From the NCBI GenBank assembly GCA_947476895.1, contig CANJRX010000001.1, forward strand, positions 184,865-248,864: a stretch of 64,000 nucleotides of DNA. Direction: 5' to 3'. Position numbers and translations under genes: made by a program. The DNA comes from Fidelibacterota bacterium. GTDB lineage: Bacteria > Pseudomonadota > Alphaproteobacteria > Rhodospirillales > Rhodospirillaceae. Below are positions 32,387-40,516 of the stretch, piece by piece. Numbering within the stretch: the stretch's first letter is position 1; every line of letters starts with the position of its first letter. Under the pieces are notes generated by a model that was not told where the DNA came from, searched no databases, and saw only the letters and a list, made by a program, of their open reading frames with translations.

Positions 32387-34056
32387 GTCACCGGCTTGGT
32401 TTGCCGGCGCATGACGATGAGCACCAGCGGCAACGATGCCAGCCCGATGACAGCGGTATAAACAAAGAATACGAAATAGCCCGCACCTAGCGCTTCTACG
32501 GCGACGCCGGTGCGCGCGGCACCTACCACCAGCGTTCCATTGTTGAGCGAACTGAAGATCGCCTGGAACGGCGCCATCAACCCGCCGCTTGCAGCTGATT
32601 GCGCCACCGCATCGACAATACGGCCCGACTGGGTGGCGATCAGTTTATCGGGCAGCGCGTAAAGCGATGAGAACAACGCATACTGTGTCGCCGTAAATCC
32701 GATGCTGGTCAGGCTAGACATATAAGCGAGCAAACATGTGCCTGCGAAGGTTTGGCAGATGCTATTTACACCGAGCGTCAGCATGAGCGCGGATACGTCT
32801 GGGCCTTGGGTTGCGAGCCAAGCAAACATGAGATTGCTGACCGGCGCAATGATGGCGCCGATGAGAAGTGCCCGCATGACGCCCCATTTCGCCACGGCGT
32901 AACCGCCCATGAAAATGCCGAACAGCGATGTCGCAACTTGGAAGACTTTGCGCACTTCGGCGACCTGGGTGAGCGAGAACCCGATATCGAGATAAAACGG
33001 ATTCATGATGTTGAGCACGAATTCAGACAAACGGTAGAGACAGATCACACCCAGGATGAGTCCTGCCGTGCGCCCAAAGCGCTGGAAGAAATCGCCAATC
33101 GGTTCGCCGAACACATGCGAGAGAAAATACCCCGGCTGCGTTTGCTTACCGGGAATTGGCCAGGCGCAGATCACGATGAGGGCCAAGCCGACGATGACGG
33201 CGGTGAATTGATAGAAAATCCCGGCGGGGCGGGCGGCCCAGGCCGCGCGTAAACTCTCGGACATCTCTGGCGGGAGGAAGGACGCGATCAGCGCCACCTG
33301 CGCTGACAGGCCTGAACCCATAATCAGCGCGCCGACGATGAGAATGATCAGGCGCACCGCCCATTCTAGACGTTCGAGCCAAGGGTTGGCTTCGCCGGGA
33401 AGGCGGGGGATGGGTCTTACGTTATGCGCTCGCTCGCGCGGCGCCATAAGCACGGCCGCGATGCCGATGCCCATAAGTGCGGCCATGGCGAAATAAGATA
33501 CCGACCAATTGAAAGCGTCGGCCAGGAACAATGGTCCGGCACCTGCCATGATGTACGCCAGGCGGTGGCCCCATTGGTACGAGGCCAGCATGACGCCCTG
33601 CTCGCGTTCTTCGGCCACTTCGATGCGCCAGGCATCCATGACGATGTCTTGGGTCGCACCGCTGAAGCCGGTGAGCACTGCGAGGGCTGCGGTGACAGAT
33701 AAGTGCGCGACCGGGTCCATGACCGCGATCAGCACCAAGCCCACGACGATGAGACCTTGCGCGGCCAACATCCACGAGCGGCGATGTCCCAGCCAGCGCG
33801 TAAGGCCGGGAATGCTTGAGCGGTCCACCAGCGGTGCCCACAGAAACTTGAAAGCGTAAGCGAGCGTCGCAAGGCTGAAGAAGGCGATGACGTTGAGGGA
33901 CAGGCCCACCGTGCGAAGCCAGGCGGAGAGCGTATCGAAAATCAGCCAGAACGGCAGCCCCGACGCAAAGCCGAGGCCAAGCATGACCACCGAGCGGCGT
34001 TCGAAATACGCCGCAAAGGAATCGCGCCATGAGCGTGCGGGAGCGCCATCAGCCAT
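32383..34056 (-). CDS. ampG: AmpG-family muropeptide MFS permease
   Basis: 557-aa MFS. N-terminus ...MLGLGFASGLPFWLIFDTLSAWLR is typical of AmpG. Its stop overlaps the convergent kinase stop. Confidence 0.75.
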   Translation of the reverse strand: MADGAPARSWRDSFAAYFERRSVVMLGLGFASGLPFWLIFDTLSAWLRTVGLSLNVIAFFSLATLAYAFKFLWAPLVDRSSIPGLTRWLGHRRSWMLAAQGLIVVGLVLIAVMDPVAHLSVTAALAVLTGFSGATQDIVMDAWRIEVAEEREQGVMLASYQWGHRLAYIMAGAGPLFLADAFNWSVSYFAMAALMGIGIAAVLMAPRERAHNVRPIPRLPGEANPWLERLEWAVRLIILIVGALIMGSGLSAQVALIASFLPPEMSESLRAAWAARPAGIFYQFTAVIVGLALIVICAWPIPGKQTQPGYFLSHVFGEPIGDFFQRFGRTAGLILGVICLYRLSEFVLNIMNPFYLDIGFSLTQVAEVRKVFQVATSLFGIFMGGYAVAKWGVMRALLIGAIIAPVSNLMFAWLATQGPDVSALMLTLGVNSICQTFAGTCLLAYMSSLTSIGFTATQYALFSSLYALPDKLIATQSGRIVDAVAQSAASGGLMAPFQAIFSSLNNGTLVVGAARTGVAVEALGAGYFVFFVYTAVIGLASLPLVLIVMRRQTKPVT

Positions 34057-34107
34057 AGCGGCTGTTGTCGCACAGGTGCCTTAGAAAGTGAATCCCTCGC
34101 GGGATGA

Positions 34108-35931
34108 CTAGCCGGCAGCCGCGGTCTTGGACATGCGCTTGCGCTCGTTCTGGTCGAGGTAACGTTTGCGCAGGCGGATGGCTTTCGGCGTCACTTCCAC
34201 CAGTTCGTCGTCCTGGATGTAAGCGATGGCCTGCTCGAGGGTCATGACGCGCGGCGGCGGAAGGTCTTGTTTGTCGTCCTTCATGACCGTGCGGAAGTTG
34301 GTGAGCGCCTTGGACTTCAAGGGGTTCACTTCCAGGTCGTTGTCGCGGGTGTGTTCGCCGACGATCATGCCCATGTAAATCTTGGTGCCGGCCTGCACGA
34401 ACTGCGGGCCACGATCGATGAGGTGGAACAAGCCGTACTGGTTGGCTTCGCCGGTTTCCGTGGCGATCAGCACGCCCTGACGGCGCGAGGCCACCGGACC
34501 TTTGTAAGGACCAAACGAATGGAACAGGCGGTTCATGACGCCGGTGCCGCGCGTATCGGTGAGGAATTCGCCGTGATAGCCGATGAGGCCGCGTGAAGGG
34601 GCCAAGAACACCATGCGGGTCTTGCCGCCGCCGGCGGGCTTCAATTCCTGCAGTTCGCCTTTGCGCATGGACATCTTTTCGACCACGACGCCGGAGTGTT
34701 GCTCATCAACGTCGATGACTACTTCTTCGATCGGCTCGAGGCGGTTGCCCTGTTCATCGGTCTGGAAAAGCACGCGCGGGCGCGAGATCGAAAGCTCGAA
34801 GCCTTCGCGGCGCATGTTTTCAATCAGCACGCCCAGCTGCAATTCGCCGCGGCCGGCGACTTCGAAGGCGTCTTTCTGGTTGGATTCGGAAATCTTGATG
34901 GCGACGTTGCCTTCGGCTTCTTTGTGCAAGCGGGCAGCGATGACGCGGGTGGTGAGTTTGTCGCCTTCGAGACCGGCGAACGGCGAGTCATTGACCGAGA
35001 AGGTCATGGCCAGCGTCGGCGGATCAATGGGGCGGGCTTTCAAGGGCTCGGTGACTTCCGGTGCGCAGAACGTGTCGGCGACGTTGGCCGCGGTCATGCC
35101 TGCGAGGGCGATGATGTCGCCGGCTTCAGCGCTTTCCACGGGCACGCGGTCAAGACCGCGGAACGTCAGAAGCTTAGTCGCGCGGCCGGTTTCAAGCACC
35201 TTGCCTTCGCGATTCAGAACCTTCAGCGGCATGTTGACGCGGGCGATGCCGGTTTCAATACGGCCGGTCAGAATGCGGCCGAGGAAGTTGTCGAATTCCA
35301 GCGTCGTCGCCAGCATGGTGAACGGCGCATCGAGATCGCGCTTAGGGGCCGGCACATGTTTGACGATGGTTTCAAACAGCGGTGTCAGGTCTTTGCGCTC
35401 CTCACCTTCGAGGTTGCGCACAGCCCAGCCTTCGCGGCCGACGGCGAACAGCGTCGGGAAGTCGAGCTGTTCATCGGTGGCGCCGAGGTTGGCGAAAAGG
35501 TCGAAAATTTCCGTGTGCACTTCATCGGGACGGGCGTCGTGGCGATCGATCTTGTTGACGATGACGATCGGACGAAGACCAAGGCCAAGGGCCTTGGAGA
35601 GCACAAATTTGGTTTGCGGCAGCGGGCCTTCCGAGGCGTCGACCAGCAGACACACGCCATCGACCATCGAGAGAATGCGTTCGACTTCGCCGCCGAAGTC
35701 CGCGTGGCCGGGGGTATCGACGATGTTGATCTTGTAACCGCCCCACTCAACCGCCGTGCACTTGGCGAGAATGGTGATGCCGCGTTCGCGCTCCTGATCG
35801 TTCGAGTCCATGGCGCATTCGTCCATGCGCGCATTGGCGCGCACCGCGCCGGACTGTTTCAGGAAGGCGTCGACCAGCGTGGTTTTGCCATGATCGACGT
35901 GCGCGATGATCGCGATATTCCGCAATTCCAT
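34108..35931 (-). CDS. typA: Translational GTPase TypA/BipA
   Basis: LRNIAIIAHVDHGKTTLVD, DTPGHADFGGEV, NKIDR. 607 aa. Confidence 0.95.
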   Translation of the reverse strand: MELRNIAIIAHVDHGKTTLVDAFLKQSGAVRANARMDECAMDSNDQERERGITILAKCTAVEWGGYKINIVDTPGHADFGGEVERILSMVDGVCLLVDASEGPLPQTKFVLSKALGLGLRPIVIVNKIDRHDARPDEVHTEIFDLFANLGATDEQLDFPTLFAVGREGWAVRNLEGEERKDLTPLFETIVKHVPAPKRDLDAPFTMLATTLEFDNFLGRILTGRIETGIARVNMPLKVLNREGKVLETGRATKLLTFRGLDRVPVESAEAGDIIALAGMTAANVADTFCAPEVTEPLKARPIDPPTLAMTFSVNDSPFAGLEGDKLTTRVIAARLHKEAEGNVAIKISESNQKDAFEVAGRGELQLGVLIENMRREGFELSISRPRVLFQTDEQGNRLEPIEEVVIDVDEQHSGVVVEKMSMRKGELQELKPAGGGKTRMVFLAPSRGLIGYHGEFLTDTRGTGVMNRLFHSFGPYKGPVASRRQGVLIATETGEANQYGLFHLIDRGPQFVQAGTKIYMGMIVGEHTRDNDLEVNPLKSKALTNFRTVMKDDKQDLPPPRVMTLEQAIAYIQDDELVEVTPKAIRLRKRYLDQNERKRMSKTAAAG

Positions 35932-36048
35932 AAACTAACGTTTGGGCCGCAGCCCAACCTTCCAAAAATATGACGCGATTCCAACGTCTTAGCGTGCATC
36001 CGCCGCACGCGGGCGGTCACTTGGGGCTTATAAATTGGCGTTATAAGC

Positions 36049-36076
36049 AAAAGCCGGACGCGGTCAGCGTCCGGCT
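36049..36076 (-). terminator. Putative intrinsic terminator
   Basis: On the minus strand: GCCGGACGC-tgacc-GCGTCCGGC followed by TTTTGCTT. It lies about 120 nt downstream of the kinase gene stop. The T-run is short. Confidence 0.45.
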
Positions 36077-36197
36077 CCCTTCGACGCGCGCTCTATATAC
36101 TGAAAAAGGGTCGACGTTCAAGGTGCGCTGCAGTGAATTCGGCGCAAGTTGGCCGAAAACCGCTGTTTTTCAATGATTCGCGGGGGGCACCCCGCGA

Positions 36198-37193
36198 TTA
36201 AAGCCCGTTTTTCACCAAAAGATCGCGCAGTGACACTTCGGGCCGGGCACCCATGTGGCTGATGACTTCGCCCGCCGCGATGGCGCCGATCTTGGCGCAG
36301 TTGGTCAGGTCGCGGCCGTGGGTGTAGCCAAAGAGGAAGCCGGCGGCGAACAGATCGCCGGCGCCCGTTGTATCCACGACCTTGGCGACGGGGGCGGCTT
36401 CGACGGCAAGCGTCGTCTGGCCGTCGAACACGATCACGCCTTTAGCGCTGCGCGTCATGCAGGCCAGCACGCGGGCTTCACGGATGCGCGCAATGGCGCC
36501 TTCCATATCGGCGGCTTGGTAGAGGCTGAAGATCTCGTCCTCATTGCCGAACAGAATGTCGACGTCGTCGCGAATGAGCGCCAACAGATCAGCGCGGTGG
36601 CGATCAACGACAAACGGATCAGACAGCGACAGCGCGACTTTACGCTTAGCGCCTTTCGAGGCTTGGCAGGCTTTGCGGATGGCTTCTTTGGCCTGCGGCG
36701 TGTCCCACTGATAGCCTTCGATATAGAGAATGCTTGAATCAGCGACGATTTTTTCGTCGATGTCAGCGGGGCCAAGTTCGGTGCAAGCCCCCAGGAACGT
36801 GTTCATGGTGCGCTGACCATCCGGCGTAACAAGAATCATGCAGGTGGCTGTCGGCAGTTTCGTGGGGCGGTTTTCGCCGCCGTGGAATTCCACACCCACA
36901 GCCCTGATCTCCTTGGCGTAGGTTTCGCCCAGCTTGTCCGCGCCGACCTTGCCGATGAAACAGCCGCGGCCACCAAGCGAGGCGACGCCGGCCAGCGTGT
37001 TACCGACCGAGCCGCCGGAGATTTCAACGGCGGAACTCATAAGCCCGTAAATCTTTTTAGATTGTTCGGCTGTGGTGAGGGCCATAGTGCCTTTGACCAT
37101 GCCATTGGCGGTCAGGAAGGCATCGTCGGTACGGGCGAGAATGTCGACAATCGCCGAACCAATCCCCAGAACATCGAAACGGGCTTCAGTCAT
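36198..37193 (-). CDS. PfkB-family carbohydrate/adenosine kinase
   Basis: ATG at 37193 (MTEARFDVLGIGSAIVDIL...). C-terminal DTTGAGD motif of the ribokinase/PfkB superfamily. Confidence 0.8.
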   Translation of the reverse strand: MTEARFDVLGIGSAIVDILARTDDAFLTANGMVKGTMALTTAEQSKKIYGLMSSAVEISGGSVGNTLAGVASLGGRGCFIGKVGADKLGETYAKEIRAVGVEFHGGENRPTKLPTATCMILVTPDGQRTMNTFLGACTELGPADIDEKIVADSSILYIEGYQWDTPQAKEAIRKACQASKGAKRKVALSLSDPFVVDRHRADLLALIRDDVDILFGNEDEIFSLYQAADMEGAIARIREARVLACMTRSAKGVIVFDGQTTLAVEAAPVAKVVDTTGAGDLFAAGFLFGYTHGRDLTNCAKIGAIAAGEVISHMGARPEVSLRDLLVKNGL

Positions 37194-37547
37194 ATAGTCC
37201 CCACATTTAGGCCAAGCTTTGGGATGCGGAGTATAGCTGTTGATTTCGCGCCCACAAGCGGGGCACAAGCCGGACGGTGGAAGGGCCAAATATTAACTGT
37301 GCGGAGATAATCTCAGTATAAGATAACCCGCAAAATCGGGCATAAATGAGCCCACCTTCGAGGGGATAAGACGGGTTTGGACTCCGACAAGCCAGACATC
37401 CAGAAAACCGAAAGCGGGAGCGGCGCTGATTCGCCGCGCATCGATTTTTCGCAAAGTGCGCGCCGGGGCGATATTCGTCCGCCTCTAAGGCCGTTCAGCG
37501 CCAAGCGTAAATCGCAGGTCAATCCGTTCTTCCAAGTTGCGTCACAG

Positions 37548-37607
37548 CTAAAAAATTCAGAGCCAAAAATTTCTGAACCTAAAATTTCCGAGCCAAAAAT
37601 TTCAAAG
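37548..37607. repeat. Imperfect tandem repeat, 4 x 15 bp
   Basis: Units: ctaaaaaattcagag / ccaaaaatttctgaa / cctaaaatttccgag / ccaaaaatttcaaag. The array ends 16 nt upstream of the bactofilin ATG. Confidence 0.9.
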
Positions 37608-37622
37608 AGCAGGGGAGCTTCC

Positions 37623-38054
37623 ATGTCGGACAGATTCAACACGGACCGTATGGCCGCCTTTACGCCGCAAGTTCAAAAGCGCGTGGCGGACATCCCAAAC
37701 CTGACGGCGGTGCGCTCACCCGAAGCCGACCTTGAAGGCAAGCGTCTGGTCATCGGCAAACAGGTTCGCATGAGCGGCGAAATCGCCGGCTGCGAGAAGT
37801 TGGTGGTTGAAGGCACGGTTGAAGCCTCTATCAGTGAAGTGAAATCCATTGAAGTGACCGCCAACGGGACCTTCAAGGGCAACGCCGAAGTGGAAAATGC
37901 CGTGATCGCCGGCACTTATGAAGGCAGCTTGAAAGTGAACGGTCACCTTGAGATTGCCGCCTCAGGCGTGGTGAAGGGCGGCGTAAGTTATAGGACCATC
38001 GCCGTCGCCAACGGCGGTAAGCTGCTCGGGTCCATCGAGACCATTGAGGGTTAG
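37623..38054 (+). CDS. Bactofilin-family cytoskeletal protein
   Basis: ATG at 37623 preceded by AGGGGAG. Beta-helical repeat pattern (GEIAGCEKLVVEGTVEASI...IEVTANGTFKGNAEVENAVIAGTYEGSLKVNGHLEI...). Confidence 0.8.
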   Translation: MSDRFNTDRMAAFTPQVQKRVADIPNLTAVRSPEADLEGKRLVIGKQVRMSGEIAGCEKLVVEGTVEASISEVKSIEVTANGTFKGNAEVENAVIAGTYEGSLKVNGHLEIAASGVVKGGVSYRTIAVANGGKLLGSIETIEG

Positions 38055-38061
38055 CTCCTCG

Positions 38062-38158
38062 CTGTCATTGCCCGGCTTGTCCGGGCAATCCATAGAACAT
38101 CGAACACATTGATGAATGGATCACCCGCACTCGCCAAGTGCTCGGCGGGTGATGACAG
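38062..38158. repeat. REP/MITE-like palindromic intergenic element
   Basis: Terminal inverted repeats CTGTCATTGCCCG / CGGGTGATGACAG. Internal hairpins ATTGCCCGG-cttgt-CCGGGCAAT and ATCACCCGC...GCGGGTGAT. It fills the gap between the convergent bactofilin and nth genes. Confidence 0.7.
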
Positions 38159-38161
38159 AAA

Positions 38162-38863
38162 TTATTTCTTTTTTCCCGGCTTCGCTCTTTTCTTAGCCGC
38201 TTTTGCTTTTTGCGCCTCCGCGCTTTCGGGCGCGGGCGTTTTGGGTGTGTAGGGACACAAGTCCGCAACCACACAGCGCCAACATTCCGGCACACGCGCT
38301 TTGCAGACGTAGCGTCCGTGCAAGATCAGCCAGTGATGCGCATGCTGTTTGAACTCAGCCGGCGTGACCTTTTCAAGCTTCTGCTCGACTTCGAGCGGAT
38401 TCTTGCCTGGCGCGATTTTGGTCCGGTTGCCGACCCGAAAGATGTGCGTGTCCACGGCGATGGTGTGCTGGCCGAACGCCACATTGAGCACGACGTTGGC
38501 GGTCTTGCGGCCGACGCCCGGCAGAGCTTCCAGTTCCTCGCGCGTGGCGGGCACTTGGCTTTTATGTTTCTCGACGAGAATTTTTGAGAGCGCGATGACG
38601 TTGGCGGCCTTGGCGTTAAACAGGCCAATCGTCTTGATGTAATCCTTTAAGCCCTTCTCGCCCAGCTTCACCATCTTTTCCGGCGTATCGATGATCTTGA
38701 ACAACGGCCCTGTGGCTTTGTTCACGCCGACGTCGGTGGCTTGCGCTGACAGCACCACGGCTACCAGCAGCGTATAGGCGTTGATGTATTTGAGTTCGGT
38801 TTTGGGAACAGGCTCAAGATCGCGTAGGCGGCGATAGAACTCGGTGACTTTTTCGGGTTTCAT
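38162..38863 (-). CDS. nth: Endonuclease III (DNA glycosylase/AP lyase) with a Lys/Ala/Pro-rich C-terminal tail
   Basis: HhH-GPD region (LPGVGRKTANVVL). [4Fe-4S] motif C-x6-C-x2-C-x5-C (CKARVPECWRCVVADLC), followed by the ~30-aa tail PKTPAPESAEAQKAKAAKKRAKPGKKK. Confidence 0.9.
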   Translation of the reverse strand: MKPEKVTEFYRRLRDLEPVPKTELKYINAYTLLVAVVLSAQATDVGVNKATGPLFKIIDTPEKMVKLGEKGLKDYIKTIGLFNAKAANVIALSKILVEKHKSQVPATREELEALPGVGRKTANVVLNVAFGQHTIAVDTHIFRVGNRTKIAPGKNPLEVEQKLEKVTPAEFKQHAHHWLILHGRYVCKARVPECWRCVVADLCPYTPKTPAPESAEAQKAKAAKKRAKPGKKK

Positions 38864-38988
38864 GTGCCGGCGGAATTCGCTTCTAATTGTTTACCCCGGC
38901 TTCGCCGGGCACCAGCTTTTCTAAGTTCGCTTTGCTCACCAAGAAAAGCTAGGTGTCTGACCCCAATTTCCGCTGTGCCCGTGCTGTT

Positions 38989-39786
38989 TCAGCCCAGGCC
39001 CAACACATCGCGCATAGAGTAAAGACCCGGCGCTTTGCCTTTGGCCCAGAGAGCGGCACGCACTGCGCCTCGCGCGAAGATCTCGCGTGACGAGGCTTTG
39101 TGTGTGATTTCGATGCGTTCGCCGTCGGCGGCGAAGACAACGATGTGATCGCCGACCACATCGCCACCGCGTAGAGTCGCGAAGCCGATCTCGCCAGCCG
39201 GACGCGCGCCGACCTGGCCGTCGCGAGTGCGGCGAGCCACATCGTTCAAATTCACTTTGCGGCCTTTGGCAGCTGCTTCACCCAAACCCAGCGCGGTGCC
39301 AGAGGGTGAGTCCACCTTGTGACGATGATGCATCTCGACAATCTCGATGTCGTAGTCGTTGCCCAAAGTGGCGGCGATTTTTTCGGTGAGCGCCAAAAGC
39401 ACATTGACGCCGACGCTCATATTGGGCGCCTGCACGATCACGGTTTTTTTGGCGGCGGCTGCGAGCGCAGCGCGCACATCATCGCCAATGCCGGTGGTGC
39501 CGACGATGAGCGCCTTGCCCATGGAAGCGGCGAGCTCCGCATGCGCTTTGGTCGCGGCGGGTACGGTGAAATCGATGATGGCATCGCTGGCTGCAAACAG
39601 CGCGCGGGAATCAGTACCCACAGTAATGCGCACCGGCTTCGCGCCGACCAGCGTGCCCAGGTCCTGGCCTACGGCGGGGCCGGTCGGCTCAACGCCACCC
39701 GCCAGCTCAGCGCCGGCGGTGGCCAGCACTTCCTGGATGAGCATGCGGCCCATACGGCCCGCACATCCAACAATTCCGATTTTCAT
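38989..39786 (-). CDS. dapB: 4-hydroxy-tetrahydrodipicolinate reductase
   Basis: ATG at 39786 (MKIGIVGCAGRMGRMLI...). E(M)HHRHKVDSPSGTA motif. The 300-aa ORF's N-terminal extension is not coding. Confidence 0.9.
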   Translation of the reverse strand: MKIGIVGCAGRMGRMLIQEVLATAGAELAGGVEPTGPAVGQDLGTLVGAKPVRITVGTDSRALFAASDAIIDFTVPAATKAHAELAASMGKALIVGTTGIGDDVRAALAAAAKKTVIVQAPNMSVGVNVLLALTEKIAATLGNDYDIEIVEMHHRHKVDSPSGTALGLGEAAAKGRKVNLNDVARRTRDGQVGARPAGEIGFATLRGGDVVGDHIVVFAADGERIEITHKASSREIFARGAVRAALWAKGKAPGLYSMRDVLGLG

Positions 39787-39853
39787 AAGCCACCTTCGAT
39801 AGCATTCGTAGTCGGCGTAGCATTCAACGTGAACGCACTTTAGGCCCTCACCG

Positions 39854-40516
39854 TCACTCGTCAAGATCAGCGGCGGGATCGTCGCCAACATCTCCGATGA
39901 GCTGACGCTCTATTATTCTTTCCACTCGCGGGTCAGCAATTATGAACCGATATGCCGGCTGCCCTCCTAGTTCGCTATTTGGCGCCAAGGTTCCGCTTTG
40001 TTTTACGAGTCCAGCATCTTCCCAGTTTTTGATTTTTACTCGCGCGCTCTGATCGCCGATTTTGAAAGCGCCCTGAACATCTTTGTTGACGAAGGCATCG
40101 CATCCAAGGCGGTAAACTTGTTGGAGCAACTTATCTGGAAAAAAGCCTCCAATTGTTTCCACCACATACTTGTCTTGTCCCAGTTCAACCGATTCCGCAT
40201 CGAGGAGGTCGGGCGCGGAGTTACCGCGGGCATCATGTTCCCTAATAACAGTGTCCATTAGTTTTATAAGTTCGCGAGGAGAGTTTGTCGCAATAGATAT
40301 AAAAGATTTAAAGGCTGCATCGGCATCTACGCCATCCGCAAATATATCCTTGAAAGACACCCGGCCTTCCGAAAAATATTGAAGACGCGCATCCAACATC
40401 TGTCTCAACCCCTCGCCATTCCAAGTGATGTTGGCGTGCGCGAGCTTATCAAGGCGTACGGCATATTTGTCAGACTGAAAGTGGTCCACACCTTGCTCCA
40501 CAAGAATAACACCCAA
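39854..40516 (-). CDS. C-terminal portion of the island NTPase (AAA+ lid with sensor-2-like NSPRE plus winged-helix-like domain), or a separate 181-aa gene if started at ATG 40399
   Basis: Low-GC ORF that overlaps the upstream ORF by 112 nt in the -1 frame. It contains ...RLDKLAHANITWNGEGLRQMLDARL... and ...ATNSPRELIKLMDTVI... (AAA+ lid-like). The tail ...KIGDQSARVKIKNWEDAGLVKQSG...AYRF looks like a wHTH. The TTG start at 40516 follows TAG immediately. Confidence 0.55.
   Translation of the reverse strand: MGVILVEQGVDHFQSDKYAVRLDKLAHANITWNGEGLRQMLDARLQYFSEGRVSFKDIFADGVDADAAFKSFISIATNSPRELIKLMDTVIREHDARGNSAPDLLDAESVELGQDKYVVETIGGFFPDKLLQQVYRLGCDAFVNKDVQGAFKIGDQSARVKIKNWEDAGLVKQSGTLAPNSELGGQPAYRFIIADPRVERIIERQLIGDVGDDPAADLDE

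Noticed and set aside
37548-37607. Considered as a CRISPR-like or minisatellite array.
   Set aside because: There are only four contiguous 15-bp units with no spacers, and no cas genes in the window. It is a simple tandem repeat.
37377-37622. N-terminal extension of the bactofilin ORF containing the peptide repeat SEPKISEPKISEPKISK.
   Set aside because: It would need a TTG start with no RBS. The internal ATG at 37623 has a strong AGGGGAG Shine-Dalgarno and gives a normal-length bactofilin. The repeat is better explained as a 15-bp DNA tandem repeat in the leader or promoter.
40405-40516. Programmed -1 ribosomal frameshift joining the two island ORFs.
   Set aside because: No X-XXY-YYZ slippery heptamer is visible in the 112-nt overlap. 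The only nearby hairpin (40511-40528) lies at the upstream edge of the overlap rather than downstream of a slip site. A mutation, an assembly error or a two-gene arrangement is more parsimonious, but the question stays open (see findings).
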